From: a virus
Taxonomy: Duplodnaviria; Caudoviricetes
DNA: 54,872 nt
IMG/VR virus record: IMGVR_UViG_3300036317_000036
Coordinates: 1 to 54,872 of that record
Strand: one strand, 5' to 3'
Shown: piece by piece, positions 38,400 to 47,440 of the stretch
Position numbering within the stretch: the stretch's first letter is position 1
How the letters are laid out: each line of letters begins with the position of its first letter
Translations under genes and position numbers: made by a program
Notes under the pieces: model-generated
The model's database searches: none
Told to the model about the DNA's origin: nothing
The model's input: the letters and a program-made list of their open reading frames with translations, nothing else

Positions 38400-38701
38400 G
38401 AGGGCATTTCTCCTCCGCCCATTGGCGTGCCGTACACTTCTACCTGAACATGGCGAACACTCAAACGATCATCTGAATGCCAGACCATGACAATGGCAGC
38501 GCCGGGCTGCATACCGCAGGTCACGTTTCCGGCTTCATCCACCTCGGCGACATCGCTGCTGGAAGATTCAAACACCGGCGATTCAACCGAGCCCCGAATG
38601 GACAGCGGAATGGTTTGCGGCCATTCAGAAGTAGAGACGCGGATCAGTTTGGGGAAAACGTCCCAATATGGATATGTCGGTATGGTTGATTCTTCCGGCA
38701 T
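38396..38701 (-). CDS. Stand-alone Ig-like (Big_2-like) domain protein
   Basis: FESSSSDVAEVDEAGNV; clear paralogue of the N-terminus of 37383-38399. Confidence 0.7.
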   Translation of the reverse strand: MPEESTIPTYPYWDVFPKLIRVSTSEWPQTIPLSIRGSVESPVFESSSSDVAEVDEAGNVTCGMQPGAAIVMVWHSDDRLSVRHVQVEVYGTPMGGGEMPS

Positions 38702-38711
38702 GCAAAGCTCC

Positions 38712-38978
38712 TCAGTTGTCTATGGTGTTCGGGCTGCCCGCCACAATCACCGCACCGCAGGCAGTAATGTCGCCGATTCTGGCGTTGGGGCTGCCTTCGG
38801 TAATGGTGGTCATGCTTCCGGTCACGATGGGAGTAACGCCGTGTCCGGGGATGGGACAGACGTGCAGGTCACCCATGCGGGCCACCGGAATGCCGTTCAC
38901 CATGGTTCGAACGGCCGATGTGATGATCACACCGCCGTGACTGCTGACATCTCCGAGACGTGCCTGTGGTCCGCTCAT
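38712..38978 (-). CDS. PAAR spike-tip protein
   Basis: PQARLGD..SHGG, PVARMGDLHVCP..GHG, PNARIGD..ACGA; start MSGPQ overlaps the upstream stop. Confidence 0.92.
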   Translation of the reverse strand: MSGPQARLGDVSSHGGVIITSAVRTMVNGIPVARMGDLHVCPIPGHGVTPIVTGSMTTITEGSPNARIGDITACGAVIVAGSPNTIDN

Positions 38979-39343
38979 GGTTTCAGCCTCAAGGTTAAAT
39001 TGATCAGATAGCCGATCAGCCCGCCGACAGCGGTGCCGATTCCCAGTGTCAGACCGATAATCTTCCACATGGTCTCCGTGCCCACCTTGCCGCTGACCCG
39101 GGTGTGAAGCCGGTCAATCTCCTCGGCATGGCGGTGCAGATCGGAATTGATGCCGCGAACCAGCACCTCGACATTCTCCTTGTCAGATTTCTTTTCGATT
39201 TCCCGTTCGATCTTTTCCAGCCGGTCCTGAATTTCACGGCGGTGGTTTTCCAGAATCCCTCGAAATTCCTTACGCCATGTGTCGAAGGTTCTGGCGAGCA
39301 TCTCTTCGGATGCGGTCAGCCCGGGTTGTTTTGAATCACTCAT
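38975..39343 (-). CDS. Coiled-coil protein with C-terminal transmembrane helix (possible holin-like lysis protein)
   Basis: Charged coiled coil, then WKIIGLTLGIGTAVGGLIGYLI; near the putative endolysin. Confidence 0.55.
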   Translation of the reverse strand: MSDSKQPGLTASEEMLARTFDTWRKEFRGILENHRREIQDRLEKIEREIEKKSDKENVEVLVRGINSDLHRHAEEIDRLHTRVSGKVGTETMWKIIGLTLGIGTAVGGLIGYLINLTLRLKP

Positions 39344-39354
39344 GCAGCTTTCCC

Positions 39355-40404
39355 TTATGTGTTAATCAATACTTGGTTTGTCGATTTGATGATGATGTTG
39401 CCGACAACACCATCCATGAAAATGAGGCTTCCCGCCTTGTCGGTTGCGCTGATGCTTTCCGTTCCCGGAGCCGCGTTCATTCTGACCACCTGTCCGGCTT
39501 TGTCGGTCAGGCGGATCTGTTCAGCGCCTTTGGTGGAGTCGATCAGGATTTCCTGCGTGCCGTTGAGTCCCCAGATATGAACTTTTTCCCGGCCTTTGGT
39601 GGTATCGATCAGAATCTTTTGCCAGCGGGAACGGCCTTTGTCGCAGGAGAGGATGTGAATCTTTTCCTTGTCCTGCCATGCCTCAAGCAGCACCTGTTGA
39701 CGGCAGAGGTCGGTGAGCTGGACCCGGGCTTTCGATCCGACGATCTGTGAAGCGATATCCAGCTGGTCGCCTTTTTCGGCATCCTTGGTTCCGCGTCTGA
39801 GGCTGTTGCCGCTCTGCATTTCCGGTTTGACCTTGGCTTCCATGGTGAGAATCTGACCGGCCCGGTCTATCAGACGCATGAGTTCATCGCCGTCACGGTC
39901 ATCGGCCAGAATGGTGTGCCCGGTTTCTGTCTTCATCAGGACCCTGAAACGCGGGCAGTAGTATTCCGGATGGCCATGGTATTTCCGGTGTTCGAGATTG
40001 TCGTGGGGATTGCTTTGGTGCTCCAGCTTGTCCTCACAGTCATGGCAGAAGGCATTGCTGCAGGTTCGCTTGGACTCCTCCGGCTGTTCGCCGGGATTGC
40101 TTCCCGCGAGCCAGACTCCGGTCCAGATTGGATATTGAACAATGCCGCCTTCAAACTCGGCCCAGACCGAAGCGCCTTCTTCTGGCACGAGGAACATGCC
40201 GCAATCATCATTGCCGCCATAGGGAAAACAGGGTGCTGCCCAGTCAGACCAGTTTTCACGGCCTGTGCCCAGCACTGCGGGGATTTCGAGCCGAACCCTT
40301 CCGAGCCGCTCCGGATCATTGTTGTCCCGAACAAAAGCCCGGTACTTGCCGTACCAGCGATTGCGATAGCGTTCTTCGGTCTGTTTATCGGAGGTTTCAA
40401 GCAT
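39355..40404 (-). CDS. Baseplate spike protein (gpV/gp5 OB-fold)
   Basis: YGKYRA.V.DNNDPERLGRV, WAAPCFP, VPEEGASVWAEFEGG...PIWTG, then beta-helix repeats. Confidence 0.9.
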   Translation of the reverse strand: MLETSDKQTEERYRNRWYGKYRAFVRDNNDPERLGRVRLEIPAVLGTGRENWSDWAAPCFPYGGNDDCGMFLVPEEGASVWAEFEGGIVQYPIWTGVWLAGSNPGEQPEESKRTCSNAFCHDCEDKLEHQSNPHDNLEHRKYHGHPEYYCPRFRVLMKTETGHTILADDRDGDELMRLIDRAGQILTMEAKVKPEMQSGNSLRRGTKDAEKGDQLDIASQIVGSKARVQLTDLCRQQVLLEAWQDKEKIHILSCDKGRSRWQKILIDTTKGREKVHIWGLNGTQEILIDSTKGAEQIRLTDKAGQVVRMNAAPGTESISATDKAGSLIFMDGVVGNIIIKSTNQVLINT

Positions 40405-40816
40405 GGCTGCTTTCCCTCCGGCGGCTGTCATTCCAAGCCTTCCAGCCACCCACGCGGACGGCCCAATACATCAGTCGGCGTTTCCATGCCGGAACACCGA
40501 GCTTGGTCATCAGGTCGAGAAAGATTTGGTCGGCTTCAACTCGGGTCACGAGTCCGGTGTGATAGAGAAAATCATGCACAACAGCGGCTGGTGAATAGCG
40601 TCCCCATGGCGGCACAATTCGCCAGAACAGACGAGGCACCGAGGCAAAATCCGTTTCAAATCCGGCAGGCACGGTAATGGTTCGGCTGTCAGAGATCCTG
40701 ACCTTGTAGTCTTTGATCAGACGGGCACTGCGGCCATTGGGCAGCAGTTCAAACTGCAAAGGTCCGTTCAGCCCGATCCCCGAACCGACGGTGACGGTTT
40801 TCTGAAACTCAGTCAT
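40397..40816 (-). CDS. DUF1353-family protein
   Basis: VPAGFETDFASVPR, AAVVHDFLY, EADQIF, MYWAVRVGG. Confidence 0.88.
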   Translation of the reverse strand: MTEFQKTVTVGSGIGLNGPLQFELLPNGRSARLIKDYKVRISDSRTITVPAGFETDFASVPRLFWRIVPPWGRYSPAAVVHDFLYHTGLVTRVEADQIFLDLMTKLGVPAWKRRLMYWAVRVGGWKAWNDSRRRESSHA

Positions 40817-41186
40817 TGCGCCACCTCGCTTTCCCGGTTGTCCGGACATCGAGATGGACCCATGACGGATAGATTCCGATGCCGCCTTGTTGAAAGGCAG
40901 GGATGGCTTCCGCCGCCTGAGCCAGGTCTTCGGCTGTCATTCCCTCCGGGCAGGCCACATCGGCCGCCATGCCCAATGTGTGAAAACTCCGGGCAGCACC
41001 GCCAACAGACTCATTGTGCCGGTTACAGCGAAAACCGCTGGTAATGCTCAGTGGCAGATTCAGTTGATTGCGCAGAGCCTGAAGCGCCGAAATCAGTTCA
41101 GGCTGCACCGGAGCCGAATACCCGCAGCAGTTGGTTCCTTTGCAGGCGAATTCGGACCGGCTGAAATTTTTACTCAGATCTCCCAT
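40809..41186 (-). CDS. Peptidase M15A (putative endolysin)
   Basis: NFSRSEFAC, ITSGFRC..HN..VGGA..SFH..G.AAD, GIGIY..WVHLDVR. Confidence 0.9.
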   Translation of the reverse strand: MGDLSKNFSRSEFACKGTNCCGYSAPVQPELISALQALRNQLNLPLSITSGFRCNRHNESVGGAARSFHTLGMAADVACPEGMTAEDLAQAAEAIPAFQQGGIGIYPSWVHLDVRTTGKARWRND

Positions 41187-41194
41187 GGTTCCTC

Positions 41195-42460
41195 CTAAGA
41201 AACAGCTCCGGAATCCGCATTGATGGTCACCATGGCCGGTGGCTCATTCTGCGGGGTCGCCGGTGCTTCTTTATCGTTTGGTTTTCCCTTGGTCTGGGCG
41301 GACTTGTCTCCGGCACCTTTGCCAAGGGCGTTCTTCTTGAGCTTGATTTCACAGGAATAGCCGGATGAGCCGATGCTGTGGCGAACCGAGTGGCAGTAGT
41401 AAATGCCGGAAAACTTGCGGCCCACGCCTTTCACTTCGAGGTTCTTTTTGGCCCGCAGTGACGGAATGCCGATGGTGACGGCAGTGGCTTCCACCTGTTT
41501 GAGCTCGGCCTCTCTGAATTTGCCTTCGGCTGTATCCTGAGCAGGCTCCTGTGCCGGTTCTTCATGGAAGGCTTCGGAACGTTCGTAGGCGGGAACAACC
41601 TGACCGGTCTCCTGATCTTTGAAGCTGCCTTCGCCCGTATTGCCATCCACCAGATAGGTCTGCTTGCCAAGCGAAGTCCGTTCAGGCGTCGTGTCGTTGT
41701 TGGCTTTGTGTTCCACCACGTCCTTTTTGCGGGGATCGACACCGACTGATTTGGTTTCGACTCCAGCGCCCTTGGCTCCCTGTGATTGGGTCGATGGTCT
41801 GAAAGAGCGCAGAATACCTTTGCGGTCGGTGAAATATTCCAGCGTCAAAAGCGGAGCCTGTTCCAGCTCCCGTGGATGGAAATGGAGTTCATCGTCCTGA
41901 ATGAAAAAGGAGTAACCGCTGACACCCTGACCATCCCGGTCACGGGCTTTGGTTGCCAGTTCTTTGAGAAAGACGGCATCGGACTGATTGCTCTGGGTTA
42001 CGCGAAGGTGGTGGCCCTTCGTGGGTGTCACGACCGGCTTGAGGCCATTAGCCGAAGCGATCTGCTCGGCAATTTCAGAATAGAGAATGCCCGGCGCAGA
42101 TTTCTGCCAGACCTTCTGGTTTTCCTTTCCGGCTAGCTTGAAGCCTTTGTCGTAGGCTTTGATGCGGATGGTGGGGTCGCCGTTTTCAGGAAAGTCGTAA
42201 TCGATATCCTTGATGACCGCCTTCTTGCGTGGAGAGAGATTTCCCACATAACCGAACCGGGCAATGATCTCGTTGCCTTCCTGAAAAAGCGGATCGTCCA
42301 CAAACTGCAGGTTGCGGTTTGTGATGGACAGCTCGAGAACATCCAGTTCCTCTTCATTGTCGGTAAAAACAAATGAAGTGATCTCCTGAGTGATATCCTT
42401 GGAGAGCGATTTGCCCTCTATCTGAATCAAAAATGTCGGTTTGAATGTATCGAGTTCCAT
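41195..42460 (-). CDS. Baseplate hub / late control D (gpD) protein
   Basis: QSNQSDAVFLKELA, FFIQDDELHF, IGIPSLRA...GVGRKFSGIYY..SVRH. Confidence 0.88.
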   Translation of the reverse strand: MELDTFKPTFLIQIEGKSLSKDITQEITSFVFTDNEEELDVLELSITNRNLQFVDDPLFQEGNEIIARFGYVGNLSPRKKAVIKDIDYDFPENGDPTIRIKAYDKGFKLAGKENQKVWQKSAPGILYSEIAEQIASANGLKPVVTPTKGHHLRVTQSNQSDAVFLKELATKARDRDGQGVSGYSFFIQDDELHFHPRELEQAPLLTLEYFTDRKGILRSFRPSTQSQGAKGAGVETKSVGVDPRKKDVVEHKANNDTTPERTSLGKQTYLVDGNTGEGSFKDQETGQVVPAYERSEAFHEEPAQEPAQDTAEGKFREAELKQVEATAVTIGIPSLRAKKNLEVKGVGRKFSGIYYCHSVRHSIGSSGYSCEIKLKKNALGKGAGDKSAQTKGKPNDKEAPATPQNEPPAMVTINADSGAVS

Positions 42461-42490
42461 GCACGTCTCCGGCTGTTCGCAGTTCACTGC

Positions 42491-42521
42491 TTACATACCG
42501 GAAGAGCCGATGGAGTGTCGG
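42491..42521 (-). promoter_or_regulatory. Repeated putative late-promoter motif, copy 2
   Basis: Minus strand CCGACAC-N10-CTTCCGGTATGTAA, upstream of gpD. Confidence 0.7.
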
Positions 42522-42524
42522 GGC

Positions 42525-42815
42525 TCAGTCGAGAATGTGCATGCTGATGTGGTCCATGGAAGGGATGCGAAGCACCGTGCCCGGCGTCAGTTCCAGCGGG
42601 AAAAAGATGTCGTTGTAATCACAGATGAGCCACCAGAGCTTTGCCTCACCCAGATACCTGTGGGCCAGAAGATCCAGCCGGTCACCGTCGGTCACAGTAT
42701 GAAAGCGGTCATCGAATCGCGGTGATGTATCGATGGGAAAGCGCATGCCAAGGGAATCACCATCGTTGTCTCTATACCGGAGACAGTTTGCGTATCTGGA
42801 ATCCTTGTCGATCAT
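42525..42815 (-). CDS. LysM/tail protein X-like baseplate protein
   Basis: HTVTDGDRLDLLAHRYLGEAKLWWLICDYN...PGTVLRIP. Confidence 0.85.
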   Translation of the reverse strand: MIDKDSRYANCLRYRDNDGDSLGMRFPIDTSPRFDDRFHTVTDGDRLDLLAHRYLGEAKLWWLICDYNDIFFPLELTPGTVLRIPSMDHISMHILD

Positions 42816-43285
42816 GAGAGCACCTCCGACCAGTTGACCGATTGATCGACGTATTCTTCGAGGGATATATCCACCTCGGCCCGCTGTGGAGCGAGATTGG
42901 TCTGGTCGAAAAGGCCGAAAAAGCGGGCCTTCACCTGTCTGACAATGCAGGTTACGCCCGGATAGAGATCACCGAAAATGAGAATGACCCGGTGCGGCGC
43001 GTTCTTGAGCATGCTGCCAGCGTGTTCCGGGTATTGCAGAGACCGCAGCCAGTCGACCTTTTGTTTGACCGGTCCTTTGAATAATTCGATCTTGAAAACA
43101 ATCCGGCGTGGTTCACCGGCCACATACTGATAACGAGGATGGCTCATACCGGGAATCTTGATGGCGGCATAGCTGGTCGATTTTTCATCGCTGATATTGT
43201 TGGGGTTGTATTGGAATTCCAGTCGCTCGCCGGTATCGGCATCGACCAGATATCCCTTTATCGGTTGCCGGTCCCAAGCCATCAT
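42812..43285 (-). CDS. Tail tube initiator (CIS tube-like) protein
   Basis: FQYNPNNI, IPG...YQYVAGEPR, APHRVILIFG, PQRAEVDISLEE. Confidence 0.78.
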   Translation of the reverse strand: MMAWDRQPIKGYLVDADTGERLEFQYNPNNISDEKSTSYAAIKIPGMSHPRYQYVAGEPRRIVFKIELFKGPVKQKVDWLRSLQYPEHAGSMLKNAPHRVILIFGDLYPGVTCIVRQVKARFFGLFDQTNLAPQRAEVDISLEEYVDQSVNWSEVLS

Positions 43286-43596
43286 TCGACCTCGTGGACT
43301 TCAACGACCGTCTTGCCGATCTCTCTGGCATGAGACAACTCCTGCTGCATCCCCTTGGAAATACCGTTTCCGGTAAACGCCCAGACTTCAGAGCAGGTTT
43401 CCATGTATGCAAGCCCGCAGCTGATACCAGCGGAACGCTCTTGCGGATCTTGGTCATCGACAAAGCGGGGATACAGCAGGTGCGGCGCGAATGGCGCATA
43501 GCCTTGGTCCATGGCCATGCGGCACAGCTTTTTGGCCACTTCAACGTTTCTTTCAATATCCCCGGCAAAGGGACTGCAAATAAACACTCTTTTCAT
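43282..43596 (-). CDS. DUF4406-like (nucleoside deoxyribosyltransferase-fold) protein
   Basis: VFICSPFAGD, PFAPHLLYP, CSEVWAF, ISKGMQQE. Confidence 0.75.
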   Translation of the reverse strand: MKRVFICSPFAGDIERNVEVAKKLCRMAMDQGYAPFAPHLLYPRFVDDQDPQERSAGISCGLAYMETCSEVWAFTGNGISKGMQQELSHAREIGKTVVEVHEVE

Positions 43597-43604
43597 CGGT
43601 TGCC

Positions 43605-46600
43605 TCACAGGGTTTCATAGTTTCTGATTTTTCGCTCCCGGAGGTCCTTGTAGACCGCCTCGGCCACCTGACGTCCATCGATATGCGTGGCCACGGAGAC
43701 CTCCATGGGTCGTTCCGAAAGCGCATCGAGCTTGTTCAACAGCGCCTCCAGAAGGCTGGTCATATCGGGGCCTTCCTGTTGGCCTGCAGGCGGTGAGACA
43801 AACGCATTCGTTCTTGCCGCTGACAGCTTTTCAGGCGGATGCGGTTCCGGCTGCATTACCGAAGCGGCATTGACCTCCTGCAACATGCCGGTCCCGGCCG
43901 TATCCACCGAAGCTCTGAGATCGGCCGGAATGCTCAACGCGGGAATCATCCCCATCGACGGGGCGATCTGCCCGGCAATGGTCACTGGCGGAACCGAGGG
44001 AGCCGCAATGGCGTCCGGGAACTGATAAGCCTTACTTACCGGAATTTTCGGTGTAATGTCGGGTGTTCCGGCTGGTCCTGCATTCATGACCGGCATTGCT
44101 GAAGCCATGACAGGCGAAAGCATAAGCACGGCGGAGAACAGGGTCGGGATCAGCTTTTTATCGAGGCTCGGAATCAGAGCGAATCGTCCGGCGCTTTGCT
44201 GCACAACAGCAGGTTTAGCGGAAGCGGTCTGCAATCTGGGGGCAGCCTTGGCTTCAGGTGCTGGTGAAGAAGAGAACAAGGACTTGATACCGGTCCAAGC
44301 ACCACTGAGCAGTCCGGAGGCTTTCTGTTTCACCGACTGAATGACACCACCCACACCGGACTTAACCTGGCTCCAGAGGGCTGTTCCTTTTTCAGCTACC
44401 GCAGAGATCCCCGAGCCAATGATGTTTTTCAGCCCGCTGAAGGTGGAGGTGAACGTCTGTTTAACCGCCGTCGCACCGGCAGTCAGTTTATTCCAAACGC
44501 CACTCCAAGAATCCGGCAAAGACAGTTCCGGGATGAGATTACTTAACGCGCCTTTGATCAGCCCACCGGCTTTGGATACCATCGATCCGGCACCCTCAAC
44601 CAGTGAACCCCAGAGATTGCCTGCCGTTCTGAAAGGAGCAGCAAGCAGATTCATTGCGGTCTGGCCCGCTGATTTGAGGCCGTTCCAGACACCAGACAGT
44701 GCAGACAGAACTCCACGAGCAGCAAAGGAGAACACTTTTGCAGGTAATGCCAATGTTGAAAGCATTCCATCCGCCAGAGTTGTGAGTAGTGCTTTACCTG
44801 ATGCTGTCAGGGTCGATAGCGGACCTTCTTTGGCGTCGGAGAACGGCAGCAGGCTTCGCAGCTTGCTGAGGGCACTTTTCAACATGCGGAATGGATAGGT
44901 AACCGCCGACCAGATGCCTTCACCCAGTGTGACCAGCATCTTTTTCCCGGCCTCGAAAAAAGTCATGTCGCCCGAGAAGAAGCTCCTCACAGTTGCAAAC
45001 AGGTTCCGCAATGTGCTGACGATCGGCAGATTCATGAAGACACTGACGATGCGTTCACCGGCAGCAACAAAGAACCGAATCATCCCGTCAAAAACCGAGG
45101 TGATAAAGCTCCAGACGCCGCCGATGACATCGCGTGCCCATCTGAATGGAGTAGCCAGAAAATCGAAGACCGCTCCGCCAATGGCCTTCAAACCATCCAG
45201 CAGGGAGACATCTCCGGTCAGTATCTGCCAGACGGAATAGATAATCTTCCCGGCAGCCACAAACGCCTGCGCAATCAGCCGGACCGGAAGCAGAAATTTG
45301 TAGATGAACTTGGTGGCATAGATCAGTGAGCCGACGATCACCTTGCCGACCCAGACGACGCTTCTCACCACAATGGCGAGCGCTTTGACAACCATCGTGA
45401 TATTCCAGACCACGATGCGGAGTGCATAGGCCAGTCCCTGCAGCAGAACACCGGCAACCGTTCCGACCACGGAACCGAACTTTCGCCACGCCGATCCGTC
45501 CACTGAATTGGCCGAGACACCGAATACTTCCACCACCGAGAAGATGGCTTTGTAGAGGGTTGCGTAGGCTGAAATCATTGCCTTTACGGCCGGTTCGAGA
45601 ATGGCCCGGATTCGACCGAAGGCATGTGAGAAGGCTTCCCACAGCCCGGACAGGTATTCCCGTACCCGGTAATAGACCTTGAAGACGGTCACGACAAACC
45701 CGAGGAGCCCGGCTGACTTGAGCCGGTTGGCAAGCTCGGCCGACATCTGGCCGGTGGAGCCGCTCAAAGATGAGATGAGCGTCTTCACACCCTCGAAGAC
45801 CAGTTTGATCTTGTTCCACGTCCCGAGCACCACATCCCGGATTCCTCCGAAGTTTGTCTCCCATGCCCGTTTCAGCAGGTAGACCGCCAATACCACACCG
45901 GCAATGGCGGCGGTGACCGGCAGAAAATATGTGGCAATGGCAGAGCCGACACCTGCGGCCGCTGCGCTGATGGCGACGAAACCGGCCTTGATAGCCGGAA
46001 GCATGAGACCTACGAGCCCGACGGCGGACGTGACCGCTCCGGCAACGACCAGCACCGCTCCAAGCGCCATGGAGAGCGTCAAAACTACCCGGGTGACTCC
46101 GGGCATGGATTTGGCCAGTTTCTGCAGGAACAGAATGAAGCGGGAGATACCGTTCATCACCGGAGTGACGACCGGTAATAGTGTGCGACCCAATATCTCG
46201 GTCAGGTTGGACATCTGCTGCCGGATTAATCCAAACTGGGCTCCGGTATCCTGATTCATGGCACTGGCCATCTGATTGGTTACCGCTGTTCCCGTTTTCA
46301 TGGCTGCGCCAACTGACTTGATATTGCTTTCGAGCGATTCCGTTCCGGCAGCCATCTGCAGGAGGAACTTGACCGCCTCATCGGAACCAAAGGCTTTCTT
46401 TAGTTTGACTTGAGCTGCAGCCTGCGACAAATCCGGGAACTGTTGTTTAATCTCCTGCAGAATGGGAATGACGCCTTTGAGACGGCCGGTTGTATCGGTG
46501 AACGAGAGCCCGAGCTGGTCACCGGCCTCGGCTGCTTTCATGATGAATGCCTTGTAGAGCGTTCCGGCTTCTGAGCCCGGCATGGTGGTCTGCAACTGAC

Positions 46601-47273
46601 CGAGGATCGCCAGCTGTTCCTGCAGAGGAATGTTGTTGGCAGCAGCAACGGCACCGATGTTTTTGATCGCATCGGCCATCTGGGTTCCATTGGTCTTGAA
46701 CGATGCCACGGTTTGGGCCATGGCTCCTGAAAAGGCGGTGGCCCACTCCATATCGGTCATATCCGCCATGATGGGTTTGAATATGCCGTAAGCCGTGGTG
46801 AAGGTTCCGACCATCTCCTGTGTGGTCGCTTTGGTGGCTTTGGCTGTGAGACCGGCCATGTTGGTGAAGACGCCGACCGCCTCATCGCTGAGGTTGGACA
46901 GCGCCGACTTCACATCGTAGGTGGCCGTGATGAAGGCCGCCTTGTTGGCTCCCGACCACTGGTTGGTGAAGGATTCTGCGGCATCTTCAATGGCTCCGAG
47001 ATCCTTGACTCCAAGTGAAGCCAACTCCCCGAGGGCTTTCTGAGTGGCAGCGGTGGATGCGACCAAGGCAACAGGCGCGGCCATGAGCGCAAGACCGGCT
47101 CCCACCATCATGGTGCCTTTCTGGATACGATCCAGATTTCTGGTCATGCGTTCACTGGCGGCCGCGACGGTTCCGTCAAGGCTTGTCATCGAACTTTCAA
47201 TGCGCTGGGCGTTCTGCGAGAACGCATCCTTCATCGATACGACAATGCCCAGTCCAAGGTCGTTATTCATCAT
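43605..47273 (-). CDS. Tail tape measure protein
   Basis: 1222 aa, Ala/Gly-rich helical repeats, GSEAGT, hydrophobic middle; follows the chaperone. Confidence 0.93.
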   Translation of the reverse strand: MMNNDLGLGIVVSMKDAFSQNAQRIESSMTSLDGTVAAASERMTRNLDRIQKGTMMVGAGLALMAAPVALVASTAATQKALGELASLGVKDLGAIEDAAESFTNQWSGANKAAFITATYDVKSALSNLSDEAVGVFTNMAGLTAKATKATTQEMVGTFTTAYGIFKPIMADMTDMEWATAFSGAMAQTVASFKTNGTQMADAIKNIGAVAAANNIPLQEQLAILGQLQTTMPGSEAGTLYKAFIMKAAEAGDQLGLSFTDTTGRLKGVIPILQEIKQQFPDLSQAAAQVKLKKAFGSDEAVKFLLQMAAGTESLESNIKSVGAAMKTGTAVTNQMASAMNQDTGAQFGLIRQQMSNLTEILGRTLLPVVTPVMNGISRFILFLQKLAKSMPGVTRVVLTLSMALGAVLVVAGAVTSAVGLVGLMLPAIKAGFVAISAAAAGVGSAIATYFLPVTAAIAGVVLAVYLLKRAWETNFGGIRDVVLGTWNKIKLVFEGVKTLISSLSGSTGQMSAELANRLKSAGLLGFVVTVFKVYYRVREYLSGLWEAFSHAFGRIRAILEPAVKAMISAYATLYKAIFSVVEVFGVSANSVDGSAWRKFGSVVGTVAGVLLQGLAYALRIVVWNITMVVKALAIVVRSVVWVGKVIVGSLIYATKFIYKFLLPVRLIAQAFVAAGKIIYSVWQILTGDVSLLDGLKAIGGAVFDFLATPFRWARDVIGGVWSFITSVFDGMIRFFVAAGERIVSVFMNLPIVSTLRNLFATVRSFFSGDMTFFEAGKKMLVTLGEGIWSAVTYPFRMLKSALSKLRSLLPFSDAKEGPLSTLTASGKALLTTLADGMLSTLALPAKVFSFAARGVLSALSGVWNGLKSAGQTAMNLLAAPFRTAGNLWGSLVEGAGSMVSKAGGLIKGALSNLIPELSLPDSWSGVWNKLTAGATAVKQTFTSTFSGLKNIIGSGISAVAEKGTALWSQVKSGVGGVIQSVKQKASGLLSGAWTGIKSLFSSSPAPEAKAAPRLQTASAKPAVVQQSAGRFALIPSLDKKLIPTLFSAVLMLSPVMASAMPVMNAGPAGTPDITPKIPVSKAYQFPDAIAAPSVPPVTIAGQIAPSMGMIPALSIPADLRASVDTAGTGMLQEVNAASVMQPEPHPPEKLSAARTNAFVSPPAGQQEGPDMTSLLEALLNKLDALSERPMEVSVATHIDGRQVAEAVYKDLRERKIRNYETL

Positions 47274-47440
47274 CGCTTATCCATTTGCTCCCGTTCAAAA
47301 TCAATCTGCCGCTCCAAGGCTTCCACAAACTGCTGCCTGCGCCTGAGCGGCAGTGATCGGATTTCCTGATAACTCCAGTGGAGCCCGCCATAGGCGAGAA
47401 AGAAGCTGTCGCTTACAAGCGAACTCCTGGAAATAAAAAA
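47270..47440 (-). CDS. Tail assembly chaperone -1 frameshift extension (gpGT-like)
   Basis: -1 frame from the slippery T TTT TTA reads FISRSSLVSDSFFLAYGGLHWSYQEIRSLP...DKR*; no good independent start. Confidence 0.75.
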   Translation of the reverse strand, partial: FFISRSSLVSDSFFLAYGGLHWSYQEIRSLPLRRRQQFVEALERQIDFEREQMDKR

